Below are positions 61,110-64,000 of a DNA stretch of 64,000 nt, piece by piece (within the stretch, counting starts at the first letter, position 1; every line of letters starts with the position of its first letter). Origin of the DNA: Asterias rubens (taxonomy: Eukaryota); assembly GCF_902459465.1 (NCBI RefSeq), contig NC_047070.1, positions 1,116,001 to 1,180,000 of the forward strand, read 5' to 3'. Made by a program: the position numbers and the translations under genes. Below the pieces are notes generated by a model, which saw only the letters and a program-made list of their open reading frames with translations, ran no database searches and was not told the origin of the DNA.

Positions 61110-61451
61110 ACAGATCAGCCAGGGAGCGGAAGACCAGATACTAGACATTGTACTCCTGTTTACGGGTAACCATGCCCTGTGATGGCAGTAACTGGTGCTC
61201 TAATTATTAAACAGATCAGCCAGGGAGCGGAAGACCAGGTTCTAGACATTGTACTCCTGTTTACGGGTAACCATGTCATATGATGGCAGCAACTGGTGCC
61301 CTAATTATTAAACAGATCAGCCAGGCAGCGGAAGACCAGATACTAGACATTGTACTCCTGTGTACGGGTAACACCATACCCTACGATGGCAGCAAATGGT
61401 GCCCTAATTATTAAACAGTTCAGACAGGGAGCGGAAGACCAGATACTAGAC
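61039..61451 (+). repeat. Tandem array (103, 101, 101, 103 bp) of the TM2D2 C-terminal codons, stop codon and proximal 3' UTR
   Basis: Units start at TAGAC (61039, 61142, 61243, 61344, plus a partial at 61447). Unit 1 holds the real end of the [26 protein letters not shown]. Confidence 0.95.
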
Positions 61452-62128
61452 TCTGAGCTTACCCATGAGGGGTATCAATGCTACGCCAGTTCTGTGTCAA
61501 CAAAGTGTGGAAGGAACATTCATTTGACTGTAAAGACTCGCGGGCGCAGGGAATGGGGCATTGGTGAAACAATGAACCAACTGTGCTGTTGCTTCAAAGC
61601 TACGCCAGTTCTGTGTCAGCAAAGTGTGGAAGGAATATTTATTTGAATATAACGACACAGAGGGCACAAGGGTTTTGGCGTAAAGGTCAAATGTTGAAAT
61701 GTTGAACCAATAGAGCTGTTGCTTGTAACGAACCCATTGTGCAACTTTGAGATATTTCGCAGTACTACCATAGATCCTTCGGCGTCGGCAGCACGCAGGT
61801 TTAAACCTGCATCTCTGTGGTGTTTTGTGTGGTTGCCATAACCTCATTTGTTGGAGATTCCTGTGATTAGTCCTTCAATGCTGGGTGTATTTGTGTCCCA
61901 GTTATGGCAGGCCAACATTGGTACTGACTGGGCACACTATGCCAAAAGAATTAATCAGTTAATTTCTAAACAGGGAATCTTATAACACATACATGTATAC
62001 ACATAGAGTTTAATCCATCCAGTAACTGATATCGGAAATCTTACAAAACATACACACATAGAGTTAAACCCATTAAGTAAATGGTATTGGGTGGCATCTA
62101 CCAAAGGGCAGGCTTCTTTTCACAAATC

Positions 62129-62490
62129 TTAAAGGAACACGTTGCCCTGGATCGAACGAGTTGGTCTATAAAAAGTGTTTGTAACCGTTTTTTATAAAAT
62201 GCGTATGGTTGGACAGATATTTTAAAAGTAGAATACAATGATCCACATACATTTGCCTCGAAATTGCGTGGTTTTCCTTTTACTGTGCGAACTAACACGG
62301 TCGGCCATTTATTGGAGTAAAAAATTTTACTCCCATAAATGGCCGACTATGTTAGTCGACGAGGCATGTTTGTGTGGACCAAGGATTCTACTTTCACAAC
62401 ATCTCTCTAACCATATGCATTTTATAACAAACGGTTACAAACGCTTTTCAAAGACCAACTCGACCGATCCAAGGCAACGTGTTCCTTTAA
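62129..62490. mobile_element. Kolobok-like palindromic MITE, family D
   Basis: TTAAAGGAACACGTTGCC...GGCAACGTGTTCCTTTAA; homologous to 21351-21741. Confidence 0.85.
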
Positions 62491-63114
62491 GAAAACCACA
62501 GCACGTGTTTGGACCTGACAATGTGATGGGTCTCACTCCAAAGGGTTAAAAAGACATTCTTCATTGTTGCCTCGGCAGCCAAAGCCAGAGCTGTAGTCAC
62601 CTACGAATGTCTTGCATTTATTGCCATCTGTTGATAATGCCCAGAATGGATCTTCAGCTCGTAGGCAATGGGGCATTTTTTACTGGAATTGCCAAAAAAA
62701 AATTGTGATTTATGATCTAATTTGCTTACGTCGGCCACACTTTTCTAATTAACCGTGCCTATTGTAATAGAACTGTGGACAATACATTGGAGTGTTGATG
62801 CAACTAGAAGTATTAATATGCTGTAGACTGTGTCATATTGTATCAAAGTCTAATGATTATGACTGGCCTTGGTTGTTCAGAGTAACAATGTAACGCTGTT
62901 ATTGTGGTGGTTGGCTGGTTGATTGAATATTAAAAAACACAATTATAAGAGTCACAGTACAGTGTGTGCACAACGACACCACATCATGGAACCCAATTAA
63001 TCATTTAATGGGGCGTGGTGTTCGTCCCCGTCCCCGGGGGCTTACCTGGATGGTTAGTGGGAAATTATACACGTATACCAGGCTTGCCGATCCAGGAATT
63101 TCACCAGGGAAGTG

Positions 63115-63335
63115 TTAAAGGCACTGGACACTATTGGTAATTACTCAAAATAATTGTTGCCATAAAAACTTACTTGGTTATAAGTAATGGGGAGCTCTTG
63201 AGAGTATAAAACATTGTGGGAAATGGCTTGCTCTGAAGTAACGTAGTACTTTAGAGAGAGGTAATTTCTCACTCGAATATTAAAAGACTTAAGCCATGAA
63301 GCCTTTTATTATGCATCTGAAAGCACACAAATTAG
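63115..63335 (+). mobile_element. Kolobok-like MITE, family A, left half
   Basis: TTAAAGGCACTGGACACTATTGGTAATTACTCAAAA through TGAAAGCACACAAA. Confidence 0.75.
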
Positions 63336-63746
63336 TTTGTGCAAAATAGTTTTGTTTTTCTTTCCTTATTTCTTTACCATTGAAAGTTGGAACATTTATT
63401 GGGTTGTGTGATTTGACCACCATCTGCTTTTGTAAAGTTATTTTCTCAAAAGAGAAAATAAAATAAAAAATGTACCACTTTCTATATTTTGTAAATTACT
63501 GAGTTGTGAAGAAAAATGTATCAATTAAAATGGTAGGTCAGTAGCTGACGGTTTCTACTGATTGCAAATTATTTTAGCCTCACTGAATCTTTATGTCTGT
63601 CTCCGCTAGTATTTATTTATTTATTTATTTATTTACCTTCTCCAGATGAAATAAGGACAAAATGTTTACCTTTTTTAAAGGGCCAGGGGTCGATTTCACA
63701 AAGAGTTAGGACTAGTCCTAACTTAGGACTAGTCCTAACTAAAGGA

Positions 63747-63851
63747 CTAGTCCTAGGAGATATACAAATTGCATGTATAGTCCTAAGTTAGGACGAGTAA
63801 CTGGTCCTAACTCAAGATAAGACTAGTCCTAACTCTTTGTGAAATCCACCC
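63747..63851. mobile_element. Harbinger-like MITE (GTCGATTTCAC family), CAG target duplication
   Basis: GGGTCGATTTCACAAAGAGTTAGGACTAG...CTAGTCCTAACTCTTTGTGAAATCCACCC flanked by CAG on both sides. Confidence 0.8.
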
Positions 63852-64000
63852 CAGATATTTTACCCCACCCCAAAAATTATTAAATAAATAATGAAATAAA
63901 ATTAAATACAAAATGAAGGAACAACAAAACAAACGAACAAAATATAGAATTTGGTAAAAATAAGGAAAGAAGGGGGAAACCACCCTTAAAAAAGGGGGAG

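Overview
AT-rich, intron-rich animal genomic DNA, most consistent with an echinoderm such as a sea star (inferred from the proteins and repeat types, not proven). I reconstructed three complete spliced genes by hand with GT-AG junctions and consistent phases. (1) A Ki-67/MKI67 orthologue on the minus strand (9 coding exons, 23118-34850, about 1860 aa). (2) Fidgetin-like 1, FIGNL1, on the minus strand (15 coding exons, 44046-54202, about 846 aa). (3) TM2D2 on the plus strand (4 exons, 55259-61109, 201 aa), head-to-head with FIGNL1 across a very short shared promoter. The first ~20 kb has no recognisable protein-coding gene, only CpG-rich patches and possible 5' exons. Introns and spacers are dense with non-autonomous DNA transposons (Kolobok-like TTAA elements, Harbinger-like elements, elements with 4-bp target duplications, one nested insertion), SINE/LINE fragments, microsatellites and one assembly gap. 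The most unusual signal is repeated local duplication of exon ends. Both genes of the head-to-head pair carry a tandem array that copies their last codons, stop codon and start of the 3' UTR (FIGNL1: 5 units of ~83 bp; TM2D2: 4 units of ~102 bp). FIGNL1 also has two duplicated exon ends with their splice donors that could give in-frame isoforms, and a perfect 12 x 18-bp coding repeat (NEKITL x12) that the ORF track shows in the wrong frame.
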